Notes under the pieces: model-generated
What the model was told of the DNA's origin: nothing
Seen by the model: the letters and a program-made list of their open reading frames with translations, nothing else
The model's database searches: none
Origin: Mobula hypostoma
Lineage: Eukaryota
Direction of reading: 5' to 3'
Assembly: GCF_963921235.1 (NCBI RefSeq)
Contig: NC_086097.1
Location: 26,166,001-26,230,000, forward strand
Length of the DNA: 64,000 nt
In this document: positions 1-12,764 of the stretch, piece after piece
Layout: every line of letters begins with the position of its first letter
Position numbering within the stretch: position 1 is the stretch's first letter
Made by a program: the position numbers and the translations under genes

Positions 1-329
1 CGTTGCTTAATTTTGATTTCATTTTGTTAACTACGTCTTTTAAATTAAGCCAATACTTCACATTTGAATGCCGACGAACAAAAATCAATAATCGCTTTTC
101 TAACTACTCCTTGAACGTGATTTAAGTCTTTGTACGGATTAATGTGTTCACAGTTTGATTGTCCAAATACGATTAACTTGAGAGGAGTTTTGGAGTTGAG
201 TAAACTGAAGAGGGAGGTGCACTAGGACCACAGCCCCCTCGGCACAGATGGCGTAACCTGCTCCCACAAACAAACACAAACAGACAGGGTGGGGAAAGGA
301 AATGTTTTCCCTCTAACATTTACCTCGGT

Positions 330-707
330 CTCAGCACTGGATCAGGCCGGGCTCCATCGCCACTCACGGACCGGGTGCCCAGTAGCAGCTCACGGGGAAA
401 CCACTCCTCAAAAACATTTCAAAAGCAGAGCGTGCGCTGCATCTCCCAACCCGCTCCAACACCGCACGCGCCGCTTGTTGCCTTGACTCCCAGTAGCCGA
501 GCGCTCCCATTGGTCTCGCGCCTTATGGTTCTCGATTGGTCAACGCATCAACCCCCTTCCCTCCCTCCGGATTTCATTGGCCTAATGGCTTGCCTCTCGG
601 TTCTGTGATTGGCCAATGTCCTGCCCGCTCGCCACATTTGTCAAAGCGTTCAGCCAATCGTTCTCCGACCGCGTCGACTTTACCTGGTTAAGGTGTGTCA
701 GGTGAGT
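330..707. promoter_or_regulatory. CpG-rich promoter-like region with six CCAAT boxes, possibly bidirectional
   Basis: CpG density is high compared with the rest of the window. ATTGG at 509, 535, 576, 608 and CCAAT at 613, 654. TTTGAA (CHR-like) on the minus strand at 418-423. Donor-like sites face outward: minus GAG|GTAAAT at 324/323 and plus CAG|GTGAGT at 701/702. Confidence 0.65.
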
Positions 708-774
708 GACTTTAAAGGAAATGTCAACATGCAGGGTCAAATTCAAAAGTAAATATATTATCTAACTACGTATG

Positions 775-2490
775 TGACACAAAAGTTGGGTGTGGTGGAT
801 AGTCTAGAGGGTTGTCAGCTGAAAAGGGGCAGATGGAGTTCAACCCAGATAAGTGTGAAGTGGTTCATTTTGGTAGGTCGTATTTGAAGACTGAATATAA
901 CTCTAAGACTCGAGGCAGTGTGGAGAATCAGCGAGGTCTTGTGTCCAATGGACACTCAAAGCTGCTGCGCAGGTTTGTTAAGAAGGCTTATGGCGTGATA
1001 GCCTTCATCCTGTGAGGTAATGTTACAGCTACATAAAGCCTTAGTTAGACCCCCCACTTGGAGTACTGTGTTCAGTTCTGGTCACCTCACTACAGGAAGG
1101 ATGTGGATACTATATACAGAGTGCAGAGGAAATTTTCAAGCCTGGATTGAAGAGCGTGCCTTATGAGAATAGGTTGAGTGAACTTGGCCTTTTCTCCTTG
1201 GAGCAATGAAGATGAGAGGTGTATAAGATGGATGAAAAGAGGCATTGATCGTGGGATAGCTTGAGGCTTTTTCCCAGAGCTGAAATGGTTAACACTGGGG
1301 GGCATAAAACTTTACACTTAATTGTCGCCAAACAATTGATACTAGAACGTCCAATCATCACACCGATATTTGATTCTGCGCTTCCCGCTCCCTGGATTAC
1401 AAATATTAAATATTAAAAATAGTGAAAATTAGTAAATATTAAAATTTAAATTATAAATCGTAAATAGAAAAATGGAAAGTAAGGTAGTGCAAAAAAACCG
1501 AGAGGCAGGTCCGGATATTTGGAGGGTACGGCCCAGATCCAGGTCAGGATCCGTTCAGCAGTCTTATCACAGTTGGAAAGAAGCTGTTCCCAAATCTGGC
1601 CATACAAGTCTGCAAACTCCTGAGCCTTCTCCTGGAGGGAAGAGGGATGAAAAGTGTGTTGGCTGGGTGGGTCGTGTCCTTGATTATCCTGGCAGCACTG
1701 TTCCAATAGCGTGTGGTGTAAATTGAGTCCAAGGACAGAAGATTGGTTTGTGTGATGTGCTGTGCCGTTTTCACGATCTTCTGCAGCTTCTTCCGGTCTT
1801 GGACAGGAAAACTTCCATACCAGGTTGTGATGCACTCTAGAAGAATGCTTTCTACAGTGCATCTATAAAAATTAGCGAGGGTTTTAGGGGACAGGCCAAA
1901 CTTCTTTAGTTTTCTCAGGAAGTGAAGGCGCTGGTGGGCCTTCTTGGCAGTGAACTCTGCTTGGTTGGACCAAGTCAGGTCATTTGTGATATTGACCCCG
2001 AGGAACTTAAAGCTCTTGACCTGTTCCACTTGCGCACCACCGACGTAAATTGGGTTGTGCGGTCCGCTACTCCTTCTGAAGTCAACAACCAATTCCTTCG
2101 TCTTGATGACGTTGAGGGATAGGTTATTGTCTTCGTACCATGCCACCAGGTTCTTAATTTCCTGTCTGTACTCAAACTCATTAGTACCCGAGATACGGCC
2201 TACAATTGTTGTGTCTTGATAATTTTAAAGTGCTTGGAAGTAGGTACAGGGGGGATGTCAGAGATAAGTTTTTCACAGAGGGTGGTGGGTGCATGGAATG
2301 CACTGCCAGCAGTGGTGGTAGAGGAGGATACAATAGGGTCTTTTGAGAGACTCTTAGGTAGGTGCATGGGGCTTAGAAAAATAGAGGGCTATGCAGTAGG
2401 GAAATTCTAGGCAGTTTCTAGAGTAGGTTACTTAGCCAGCAAAACGGGACTGAAGGTCCTGTAATACGTTGTAGGTTTTTATGTTCTATG
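775..2490 (+). mobile_element. Degraded CR1 LINE 3' portion, split by a Rex1 insertion (1305-2215)
   Basis: Peptides QMEFNPDKCEVVHFGRS (812 ORF) and FSQRVVGAWNALP (2216 ORF) match the CR1 ORF2 C-terminus; TTCTATG tail near 2485. Confidence 0.85.
1305..2215 (-). mobile_element. Rex1/Babar-type LINE, 5'-truncated (RT C-terminal ORF 1544-2146)
   Basis: 200-aa ORF with LSLNVIKTKELVVDFRR, FKFLGVNITNDLTW, KKAHQRLHFLRKL and SFFPTVIRLLN. Confidence 0.9.
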
Positions 2491-2935
2491 TCACCATATA
2501 CTACCCTGAGTTTCATTTTCTTGCAGGCATTTACATGAAAAATAAAGAAATACAATAAAATCTATGAAAAACATACATAAAGAGAGCTATGCAAATATAA
2601 AAAATAGAAGAGTAGGAATTTCACGTACTGTATACATTCTCTGATATTAAATTGAACTATTGAAAGACTGAAAACGTGAGTTCTTGAAAGTGAGTCAGTA
2701 ACTTGTAGAATCTGCTCAGAGTTGTGTGAAGTGAAGCTATTCACACCATTTCATGTGCCTGATTGCTATAGGGTAATAACTGAACCTGGTGGTGTCAGAA
2801 CTAAGACTTCTATACCTTCGAGCAAGAAGAAAACTTGGCCTGAATGGTGGGGATCTTTGATACTGGATGCTGCTTTCGTGTGGCAGCATTCCATGTAAAT
2901 ATATTTAATGGTGGAGAGGAATATTTCTGGCAGTG
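2490..2935 (-). mobile_element. Rex1-type LINE 3' end (degraded)
   Basis: Similar to the 3' UTR copies at 30215-30760, 51490-51940 and 52740-53112. Confidence 0.65.
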
Positions 2936-2974
2936 AGAACAATTATCTTTATTATCTATATTAAATGCCAAGAT

Positions 2975-3642
2975 CAAGGGTGTCAAGATCTCTGAGGATC
3001 TAACTTGGTCCCAACATATTGATGCAGTTATAAAGAAGGCAAGACAGTGACTATACTTCATTAGGAGTTTGAAAAGGTTTGGTATGTCAACAAATACACA
3101 CAAAAACTTCTATAGATCTACCATAGAGAGCATTCTGACAGGCTGCATCACTGTCTGGTATGGGGGTGGGGAGGGGCTACTGTACAGGACTGAAAGAAGC
3201 TGCAGAAGGTTGTAAATCTAGTCAGCTCCATCTTGGGTACTAGCCTACAAAGAACCCAGGATATCTTTAGGGAGCGGTGTCTCAGAAAGGCAGCGTCTAT
3301 TATTAAGGACCTCCAGCACCCAGGGCATGCCCTTTTCTCACTGTTACCATCAGGTAGGAGGTACAGAAGCCTGAAGGCACACACTCAGTGATTCAGCAAC
3401 AGCTTCTTCCCCTCTGCCATCAGATTCCTAAATGGACATTGAACTCGTGAACACAACCTCACTTTTGTAATATATATTTCTGTTTTTTGCATGATTTTTA
3501 ATCTATTCAATATATGTATACTGTAATTGATTTACTTATTTTTATTTTTTTTCTTCTATATTATATATTGCATTGAACTGCTGCTGCTAATTTAACAAAT
3601 TTCATGACACATGCCGGTGATAATAAACCTGATTCTTATTCT
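2975..3642 (+). mobile_element. Rex1/Babar LINE 3' fragment
   Basis: Near-identical to the reverse complement of 26566-27260; ends in the AATAAACCTGATTCT tail. Confidence 0.85.
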
Positions 3643-4996
3643 GCCTTCATGATTTTAAATAGTTCTAATATAACTCCCTTTAACTTTCTCCACTATTAGA
3701 ATGACATTGATGCTTTTATTACAAGGGATTGCGATACAGAATGCAGGAGGTCATGAGTTAGCTGTGCAGAATGATGGTCAGACCTTCATCAATATTCATT
3801 TTGGACCGTTTTTATAAAGGGTATCATAAAATTAGGTTGAGTGAACATTCAATGCGAAAAAATAGGTTAACTTTTTGAGTCATTGAGACTTGGGAACTGA
3901 TTTTGGTGGTTGTGAAACCAAATGCAATATATCAAGAAAATTATCAGTCGGAATACTGTGGAGAATTTTACAACCTTCAGATTGTTCATTTAAAAGAAGC
4001 CACCTATGACAGTCTATCATCCTCCATTAAGTACTTATCTCCAGCATAAGGCTCAAACCCACATCTTTCTGACTAAGTGACAAGAATGCTGCCACGAAAC
4101 TAAGTCTGATTCCAATGGAAATTTAAAATAATTTCAGTAATTAATGGATATGTTTTTCCTTTTCCTTAGATGTGGGAAATTATCAAGTCATTCCCAAATA
4201 ATGAGAGATTTGACAAAGGCCCGTGATTGTAACATATATACTAGCTGATATTTCCCTTGTGTCTCTGAATAAGTTTATCATTTTGTACTGAGATAAATTT
4301 TCTCATTTGAGCCTATACAAATTCCTTTTAGATGTCATTAATATCAGAAGAATTCTTTTTATTTTTCCCTTATTATTCAATAAATGCAAACTAAGATCCT
4401 GAAATCATTAGCACATTAATATCCTGTCTTAATACTTCCCAGGATTTTGTAAAGTCCTAACCATTTAGCCACATGTGACCAATGCACTTAAATCACCATT
4501 AACGCTGCCACTTCATCAACTGCCTGTTTTGCAGTTGAGTTAGCTGAGCAGAGATTTATTTCCGAGAGCTGTAAGAGAATCTACTTAAAAAGGCAGACTG
4601 ATAATACACTAAATGATTCAGGATTGACCATAACATCTGTCCTGAGACTGTATTCTGGATAAGTACATGGATTGGGGAGGAGTATGGTCCAGGTGTGGAC
4701 TGATGGGACAAGAGAGAATAACAGTTGGCTCGGACTAGACCAAAAGACCATAAGATATAGGAGCAGAATTAAACCATTCAGCCCATTGAGTCTGCTCCAC
4801 CATTCCATCATGGCTGATTTATTATTGCTCTCAACCCCATTCTCCTCCCCTCTCCTGTAATCTTTGACACACTTCCTAATCAAGAACCAATCAATTTCCT
4901 CTTTAGATATACCCTGTGACCTGGCCTCCACGGCTTTCTGTAGCAGTTATGAATTTCAAAGATTCACGACATCTGGCTAAAGAAGTACTTCCTCAC

Positions 4997-5257
4997 AAAC
5001 AAGAGAAAACCTGCAGATGACGGAAATCCAAGCAACACACACAAAATGCTAAAGGAACTTAGCAGGCCTGGCAGCATCTATGAGCATGTACTTATCCAGA
5101 ATAGAGTTTCAGGAGAGATAATTTGATCAAATCTGAATCATTTAGTGTACAATTTGTCCTGATGAAGGGCCTTGGCCTGAAACATTGACTATTACTATTT
5201 TCCATAGATGCTGCCTGGCCTGCTGAGGTCCTCCGGCATTGTGTGTGTGTGACTTCC
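4997..5257. mobile_element. ORF-less inverted Penelope terminal-repeat unit
   Basis: Minus-strand arm 4997-5082 and plus-strand arm 5156-5257. Flanked by AAGTACTTCCTCAC (4983-4996) and AAGTACCTCCTCAC (5258-5271). Sits inside a CR1 3' end. Confidence 0.75.
5156..5189 (+). ncRNA. Minimal type I hammerhead ribozyme motif (helix III mutated)
   Basis: GTC-CTGATGA-AGGGCCTTGGCCT-GAAA-CA-TT-GAC: core intact, stem I GTC/GAC, stem II AGG/CCT. Confidence 0.65.
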
Positions 5258-5309
5258 AAGTACCTCCTCACCTCAGTTCTGTACATGTATATACTGTATA
5301 TAGTGAAGT

Positions 5310-5926
5310 AGCATACAGGGGTTCATTGTTTGTTCAGAAATCTGTTGGCAAAGAGGAAGAAGCTGTTCCTAAAATATTGAGTGAGTGTCTTCAGGCTCCT
5401 GTACCTTCTCTCTGATGGTAGCAATGAGGAGAAGGCATGGCATGCATGATGGGGGTCCTTATTGATGGATGCCACCTTTTTGAGGCATCACCTTTTGCAG
5501 ATATCCATGGTTTGTTTGGTAGCTAGTGCCATGATGGAGCTGGCTGAGTTTACAACCCTCTCAGCTTTTTCTGATTCGTACAGTGACCCCTCCCCTCCTG
5601 ACCAGACAGTGATGCAACTAGTTAGGTTGCTCTTCTGCAGAAATTTGCTCAAGTTTTTGGTGGCATACCAAATCTCCTCAAAATCCAAATGAATATAGCT
5701 GCTGGTATGCCTTCTTTGTAATGGCATCAATATGTTGAGCCCACGATAGATCTTGTACGACGTTGACACCCAGGAACTTAAAACTGCTCACCTTTTCTAC
5801 TGTTGATCCTTCAATAAGGACATGTTTATTTGGAACTATGGTATTGAAGGTGGAGCTACAGTCAATAAATAGTAGTCTGCATCGATGTCTTTATTGTCCA
5901 GATTCTCCAGAGATAATTATTGGGCC
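5310..5926 (-). mobile_element. Old Rex1-type LINE fragments (host of the Gypsy insertion)
   Basis: Degraded RT C-terminal peptides (ORF 5488-5769); LINE-like sequence resumes after 11316. Confidence 0.7.
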
Positions 5927-6365
5927 TGACGTGGTGTTCAGTGTTGGCTCTGGTCTAAAGGGAGAGACAGAGACAGAATGAGCAGTTCACTGATTAATAA
6001 GATCTGTAGAGAACCAAAGGAAAAAACATCAATGCTAGACCAACAGGACCTTTAGCTCAAACTCTCAAACTAAAATCTAATGCTGTCTCTGTGGCTCGGA
6101 AGCAATAACTTAATACTAAACTAATACCACTTTTTCGCAGCATCAATCTAGATTGTAATGTCCTAGAATGTGGACTGAAGAAGCAGGGAGCATTGCCATT
6201 GCTATGCTTCAGTCAAGACTCAACAAGAATGGAATGAGAGGAATGGAATTAAATGAAACACTAATTGGCTGGGATCTACATACTCATGAGTGTGATTGCT
6301 AACACTGTTCAGCTGCCTGCCTGTGAGAACACCCAGATTCTGTGGCAGAGTTTGTGGTTGTGACA
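5927..6365 (-). repeat. 3' LTR of Gypsy element
   Basis: TG...CA termini; directly follows the polypurine tract; homologous to 10541-11316. Confidence 0.85.
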
Positions 6366-6379
6366 GGACCCCCTTCCCT

Positions 6380-9300
6380 AGATGCAGCTCCCAAGGTGCC
6401 AGAATCCTTGCCTGCTGGAAGTCCCAGATGACAGAGTTGTCCAGGATGTCATGGTCTGGAACCCAATCCTCAGGGACATACCCCTCCTAATCCACAAGAT
6501 AATGGACCCTGCCCCGCACCCAGCAAGATGCCAGAAAGTGGCGCACAGCCAGGGACCGATCCACCAAGCAGGGAGGAAGTGGGGGGGAAGGAACTGGAGC
6601 ACAGGGGGAGGAAGTCACCGGCTTGATAGCTTTTTCCACTATGAATGGTTCCATATAGCATAGAGCCAATGCAAAGCTCTTAGATTTCAAACGAAGATCT
6701 CTAGATGCCAACCAGACTTCCTCCCCCCCCCCACCCGGTCAAGCCAATCAGTCTGCCGGACATATTGTTTCTGAGGCTTGGCCCATCTCTACATGCACTT
6801 GTAACTGTTCAGCAGCAGGAACTCCCACATCAATCTCTTGGACAGGAAAGAGTGGTGACTGGAATCCCCTCTGGCATTCAAGGTGGACATGCCAGTGGAG
6901 AATGACTGAAGGCTAATGTGGGCAGTCTCTGCCCAAATCATTTGGAAGCTCCAAGTCTTAGGGTTGGAAGAAACAAGGCAGTGCAGGGCTGCCTCCAGCT
7001 CCTGATTCACTCTTTCAGTCTGATCATTAGATTGGGGGTAAGAACGAGATGAGAGGATGGCTGTAGCTCCCAAAAGAGAACAGAAAGCCTTTCAAAAACA
7101 GGGTGTGAAATATTGTCCTCGATCAGACACTATCTTAAGGGCGGCAGTCTCACGAGCCGACAAGAGCTGGGGAACAACAATGAAGTGGGCAGCTTTGGAG
7201 AACAGGTCCAAAAGCACCAGAATGGTTGTGTTTCCATTGGAGGGGGGAAGACCAGTGATGAAAGCACAGGCAGCAGGCAGAGTAAACCCATAGGGCACTG
7301 ATGTGATATCTTGTTCTGGGCACAAGTGACAAAGTCATGGGTATCCTGGGACACAGAATGTCACCAAAATCATCTCTTTATGAATTCCAGGGTCTGTTGA
7401 ATTCCCAGATGGTCAATCAGATGGGAAGAATGACCCCACTCCAACACTCTGGGGAGCACAGTGGCAGGGTCAAACAGCTGGTTGAAATGATCCCACCTGG
7501 GCCTGGATCTGACTTTTGGGCAGCCCTCACCTCTGCCTTTATCCCCCAAATCACCAGAGCAGCAATGCATGAGTGAGGAAGGTCGGGCTCTGAATTGGTG
7601 TTGTCCTCAGAGATGTCAAGCTAGAGGGACAGAGCACCCACCTTGGTATTCTTGCTGCCAGGTGGTAGGTGAGGGTGAAATTTATCTGCATAAAGAAAAG
7701 ACCCCAACAGGCTTGATGGGAGTTGAGTCCCTTGGTTTCCAAATTTAAGAGAGGTTCTTGTGATCTGTTCAAACCAGAAGGAATGCTCTTCCCCTCCAGC
7801 CAGTGTCACCATGCTTTCAGAGTCTTCTTAACAGCTAAGAAGTTCTTGGTTCCCAGCATCATAGTTAAACTCAGCAGGAGTCAAGCAATGGGAAATTAAA
7901 ACCCAGGGACGCAGCTGATAATCCACAGAAGAGCACTGGGAGAGTACAGCTCCAATGCCAGCATCTGATGCATCAACCTTAATGATGATTGGACAGGATG
8001 GGTCTGGATGTTGCAGGTCCGGGGCAGTGGTGAAGCATCATTCTAGTTCTGAGAATGCTTGGTCTGCTTCATTTGTCTGTAGGAATGCTGCAGAGGTCCT
8101 CTTGGTGGGAGCATTAATGGGGGCCACAATGGAACTGAAGTTCTTGATGAAGCAACAGGACAAGTTTGCAAATTTCATTAAGCGCCTTATCTGTTTGACC
8201 TTAGGTGGTTTGGGCCACTCTGTGACTGCTTGAACTTTCCATGGATCCATTTGAACACTGGAATGAGTGACTAAATAGCCCGAGAAAGGCACCTGCTCTT
8301 TTTGGAACTCACTCTCCTCTGATTGGCATAAAGGTTGTTCTTGAGGAGCCATCTGAAACCCTCCAGACATGCTGAATGTGTTCCCAGCAAGAACGGGAAT
8401 AGATAAGAATATCAACTACGTGCATAAAAACAAACTGATTCAGTATTTCCTGAAGCACATAATTGATCAGGGCCTGAAAAAAGAGCAGGGCGTTGGCCAG
8501 ACAAAATGGCATCATGAGAACTCTCAGTGGAACGCTGTCTTCCACTCGTTCCCTTCTCGGATATCTTGGAGAATATGGTTGCTCCTTGGAGATGTTCTAA
8601 CGCAATGGCAAGCAGGGGAAGAAGGTAGCGGTTCCACTCTGTGATTGTTGTCAGGAGCCAATAATCAATGCAGGGACAGAGTTTGCCATCCTTCTTGCTC
8701 ACAAAAAAGAAATCAGTCTCTGCTGGCGAGGTTGGCAGATGGATAAATCCTAAGGACAATACCTCCTTGATGTATTCTTCCATGGCCACCGTTTCAGGAC
8801 GAGAGAGGGAAAAGAGACAGTGTGGAAGCAGCAAGGTGGCCTTCTTCTTACTGAAGACCTCAAGAAAGTCAGAATATTCAGTTGGAATACAAGACAGGAC
8901 CACACTAGCAATTGGCACAGAAGAGGATATGCAGACAGGTAGACCGGCATGCCGGTCTCCATTCTTGGAGTGTCTTTAGGGACCAATCAATCCATGGGTT
9001 GTGTCAAGCTAACCAGGAAAGGCCAAGTATCAGCAGCAGTTCAGATGAATCAACAAAATAGAAGGACAGCTGTTCCCATAGTTGCCTTCTACCACATGTT
9101 GGAGTGGTTCTGTGGAAAGGTAGATCTTGCCGGTGCCCAGAGACCAACTGTCCAGAGCCTTGACATCGATATTCTGTCTCAATTACTGAGTCAAAACTCC
9201 CCACCTTTAAGCAGAGGTGTCCATGAGATTCCCGGCTGCCCCAGAGTCAGTAAATGCCTGAAGCTCATGGGTCTGGGATGTCCACAACAAAGAAGCTTGG
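6380..9300 (-). pseudogene. pol: Gypsy pol remnant (RT, RNase H, integrase, chromodomain)
   Basis: [17 protein letters not shown] (RT); [41 protein letters not shown] (integrase); VRGRVHYLVD (chromodomain). Many stops and frameshifts. Confidence 0.85.
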
Positions 9301-9329
9301 ATCATTATGCCATGAGGGTGAGATGCTTG

Positions 9330-10521
9330 CAGGGAAAATCAATCCATCAGAATTTCCCTTCCTGTTGACAGGGATCGTCTTTTGCTGGGTGCTTGGGACA
9401 TGATCCCCGGAAGTGTCCTGGATTGTCACAGTAGAGGCAGGAAGCTGTTTCCTGTGTTTCTCGTTCCTCCTAAGGTAGGTGCACGTGCCCCACCTGCATA
9501 GGCATCTCTGCAGATTGTATACTTGGTGAAGGGGGAGAGAATGAGGACAGACAGTGATCTAGAGAGTAGCAAGCTCTTGGCATCTTACTCTGCACCACTC
9601 AGTTGTCCGGTTGTCAATTCAAATGGCCAGATTTACCAGCTCATCCGGGCCGTCCTGCTGATCATGCACTTCGACCTCAGCCATCCACAGAGCTTGCTTA
9701 AATGCTAAAAAGCAGTGATGAGGGTTCTCTTATTCCACTCGTCTCAAATTCAAGCATGTGGAACTTTGCTGCGTAATCCTTCACTGTCCCTTTCCATTGG
9801 CGCAGGTCCAGGAGTTGGTGGGCTGCTTCCTGACTCCATGCTGAAGATCAAACACTTCTTGAACTCAACTATGAATCCAAGAAGGACTGGGTTGCAGAGG
9901 AACCCTGTTCTCATAGAGTGTTGAAGAGGCTGAGTGGGGGTCTATCTAAGAGTCACCATGTAAGCCAGTTTACACGCATCATCACTGAACCAATCTGGCT
10001 GGGCTTGGATAGTCAGCTCATACTGGGTAATAAGGTTTCTGTAGCTGTTGGGGTTACCAAAGTATCTGCCTGGTGGAAGTATATTTGGTTCTGACCCAGA
10101 AGCTTCGAAGGGAATTGGGGCATTAGTGTCTGAGGCTGATGAGACTGTTACAGAGGAAGATGTGGGAGATGCTGGGTGTGGAAATGTCCTGGCTGAAATC
10201 TGCTGCTACCGTATTGTGGTAGTGAGAGCATTAATGGCTGCCATCTGACTCTAGCTGTCTGTGGTGAGTTGCTGAACCGTCGCTGTCCGTGCTGAGAACT
10301 GTTCTTCCTGGTAGGACTGAGCTTGCTGCTCTGAAAGCAATTGTTGCTCTTCAACTTCTCCTCCATCTGACCCAGTCTGGACTGGGCTTGCTGCTCTGCG
10401 AGTAGTTGGTGCACTGCATGAGCCACTTCTGCCAATCCATCCCCTACTGACTTTAGCTTCTCTCCTACCTGCCCAGTGAAATTCAGGGTGAGATCAGCCG
10501 TTCTGTCTCTGCTGGGTCCAC
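9330..10521 (-). pseudogene. gag: Gypsy gag remnant
   Basis: GTG-GAC-CCA-GCA-GAG (MDPAE-like start of fish Gypsy gag) just inside the 5' LTR; glutamine-rich ORF 10148-10435; disrupted. Confidence 0.6.
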
Positions 10522-10540
10522 TTTAGAGGTCAAGTCTTGC

Positions 10541-11316
10541 TGACGTGGTGTTCATTAATGGCCCAAGTGCAGAGGGAGAGGATGCTGTCCAAGTTGCATG
10601 CCATCTTGGACAATGTCTCCCATCCACTACTTAATGTACTGGGTGGGCACAGGAGTACACTCAGCCAGAGACTCATTCCATCGAGATGCAACACAGAGCG
10701 TCATAGGAAGTCATTCCTGCCTGTGGCCATCAAACGTTACAACTCCTCCCTTGGGGGGTCAGACACCCTGAGCCAATAGGCTGGTCCTGGACTTATTTCC
10801 TGGCATAATTTACATATTAGTATTTAACTATTTATGGTTTTATTACTATTTAATTATTTATGGTGCAACTGTAACGAAAACCAATTTCCCCTGGGATCAA
10901 TAAAGTATGACTATGAGAGACAGAGTGGCAGAATGAGCAGATTACTGAGGTTTAATAAGAAAAATAATAAATGCTAAGCCAACAGAGCTGGTAGCTCAAA
11001 CTCTCAAACTAAAATCTAACACAATCACTGCGGTTTGGAAACAGTAGCTTAAGACTAAACTAATACTGCGCCTTTGCAGCATCAATCTAAATTTTAATCT
11101 TTCCTGGAACGTGGAGTAAGGAAGCAGCAGGGAATGTTGCCATCACTATGCTTCAATCAAGACTCCAGTAGACTGAAATGAGAGGGAATTAAATACAATC
11201 ACAATGAAACACTAATTGGTGGGAACATGCATGCTCACGAACGTAATTGCGGACACTGTAGAGCTGCCCACCTGCGAGGACACTCACACTCCATGGTAGA
11301 GTCCATGGTTGTGACA
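10541..11316 (-). repeat. 5' LTR of Gypsy element, interrupted by a Rex1 3' fragment
   Basis: 10915-11316 and 10541-10570 align with the 3' LTR. Confidence 0.8.
10570..10914 (+). mobile_element. Rex1-type LINE 3' end inserted in the LTR
   Basis: RCNTERHRKSFLPVAIKRYNSS peptide; AATAAAGTATGACTATG tail. Confidence 0.85.
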
Positions 11317-11349
11317 GGGTTACGGAGATGGCATCCATTGTAGACTTGT

Positions 11350-12650
11350 TGAATTGAATTGACTGTATTACTTACATCCTTCAAATACATAAGGAGTAAA
11401 AATCTTTACATTACATCTCCACGCAAATATGCAATGTGCAATTATAGTAATTTATAATAAATATTATGTATAACAGGACAGTCAATATAACATAGAAATA
11501 TAGTAGCATCAGCATGAACTAAGCAGTCTGATGGCCTGGTGGAAGAAGCTGTCCCAGAGCCTATTTTATGCTGCGGTACCATTTCCCAGATGGCAGCAGC
11601 TGGAACAGTTTGAGTTTGGGGTGACTCGGTTCTCCAATGATCCTTCAGGCCCTTTTTACACACCTGTCTTTGTAAATGTCCTGAGTAGTGGGAAGTTCAC
11701 ATCTACAGATGCACTGGATTGTCCGTACCACTCTCTGCAGAGTCCTGTGATTAGGGGAAGTACAGTTCCCATACCAAGCAGTGATGCAACCAGTCAGGAT
11801 GCTGTCGTGCCCCTATAGAACATTCTTAGAATCTGGGGGTCATACCAAACTTCTTCAACCATCTGAGGTGAAAGAGGCGCTGTTGTGCCTTTTTCACCAC
11901 ACAGCCGGTATGTACAGACCACGTGAGATCCTGGGTGATGTTTATGCCAAGGAATTTAAAGCTGTTCATCCTCACAACCTCAGATCCACTGATGTCTATA
12001 GGGATTAGCCTGTCTCCATTCCTCCTGTCGTCCACAACCAGCTCCTTTGTTTTTGCAACGTTGAGGGAGAAGTTGTTTTCTTAACACCACTGTGTCAGGG
12101 TGATGACTTCATCTCTGTAGGCTGCCTCATTATTATTTGAAATTAGGCCAATGAGTGTAATGTTGTCAACAAATTTAATTAGCAGATTGGAGCTGTGGGT
12201 GGCAACACAGTCATGGGTATAGAGAGAATAAAGCAGGGGCTTAGTACACAGCATGAAGGGCATCTGTGTTGAGGGTCGGAGGGGCAGAGGTGGGGGAGCC
12301 CACTCTTACCACCTGCCGGAGATCTGACAGGAAGTCCAGGATCCAGCTACACAAGGCAGGGTCAAGTCCGAGGTCTCTGAGCTTCAGCAGTAGGGGAATT
12401 GCATTGGGGTGAGGTTGTCTGGGAAGCTGAAGTCGATGAGTGCTATGACCAGCCTCCCAAAGCATTTCAAGATGGTGGGTGTCACAGCTACCAGGCAGTA
12501 GTCACCAAGGCACACTACATTATTTTTCTTTGGTACTGGGATGATAGTGATCTTCTTAAAACAGGCAGAAACCTCAGATTGAAGAAGGGAGAGATTTTAA
12601 ATGCCTGCAAGTACCCTTACCAACTGATCTGTACAGATTCAACAGCATGG
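11350..12650 (-). mobile_element. Rex1/Babar LINE RT fragments
   Basis: PLLYSLYTHDCVATHSSNLLIKFVD, FKFLGINITQDLTW and LCSWILDFLSD peptides. Confidence 0.85.
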
Positions 12651-12764
12651 TAGGCTATGGACCAAGTACTGCTAAATGGGATTAGTATAGACACTTGATG
12701 ATTGGCATATACATGGTGGACTGAAGGGCCTTGACTCTGGGCTATATAAATTAATGACATTTTA

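Larger units (their letters stand above)
5927..11316 (-). mobile_element. Full-length degenerate Ty3/Gypsy chromovirus (Sushi-like) LTR retrotransposon
   Basis: Two homologous LTRs starting TGTCACAACC and ending CACGTCA on the minus strand. PPT AGGGAAGGGGGTCC at 6366-6379. gag, RT, RNase H, integrase and chromodomain remnants in Gypsy order. Flanks GGGCC / GGGTT. Confidence 0.9.

Noticed and set aside
4150..4660. Plus-strand acceptor-like sites (4169, ~4534) as exon 2 of a rightward transcript
   Set aside because: Frames close quickly or give unrecognised peptides; no convincing paired donor.
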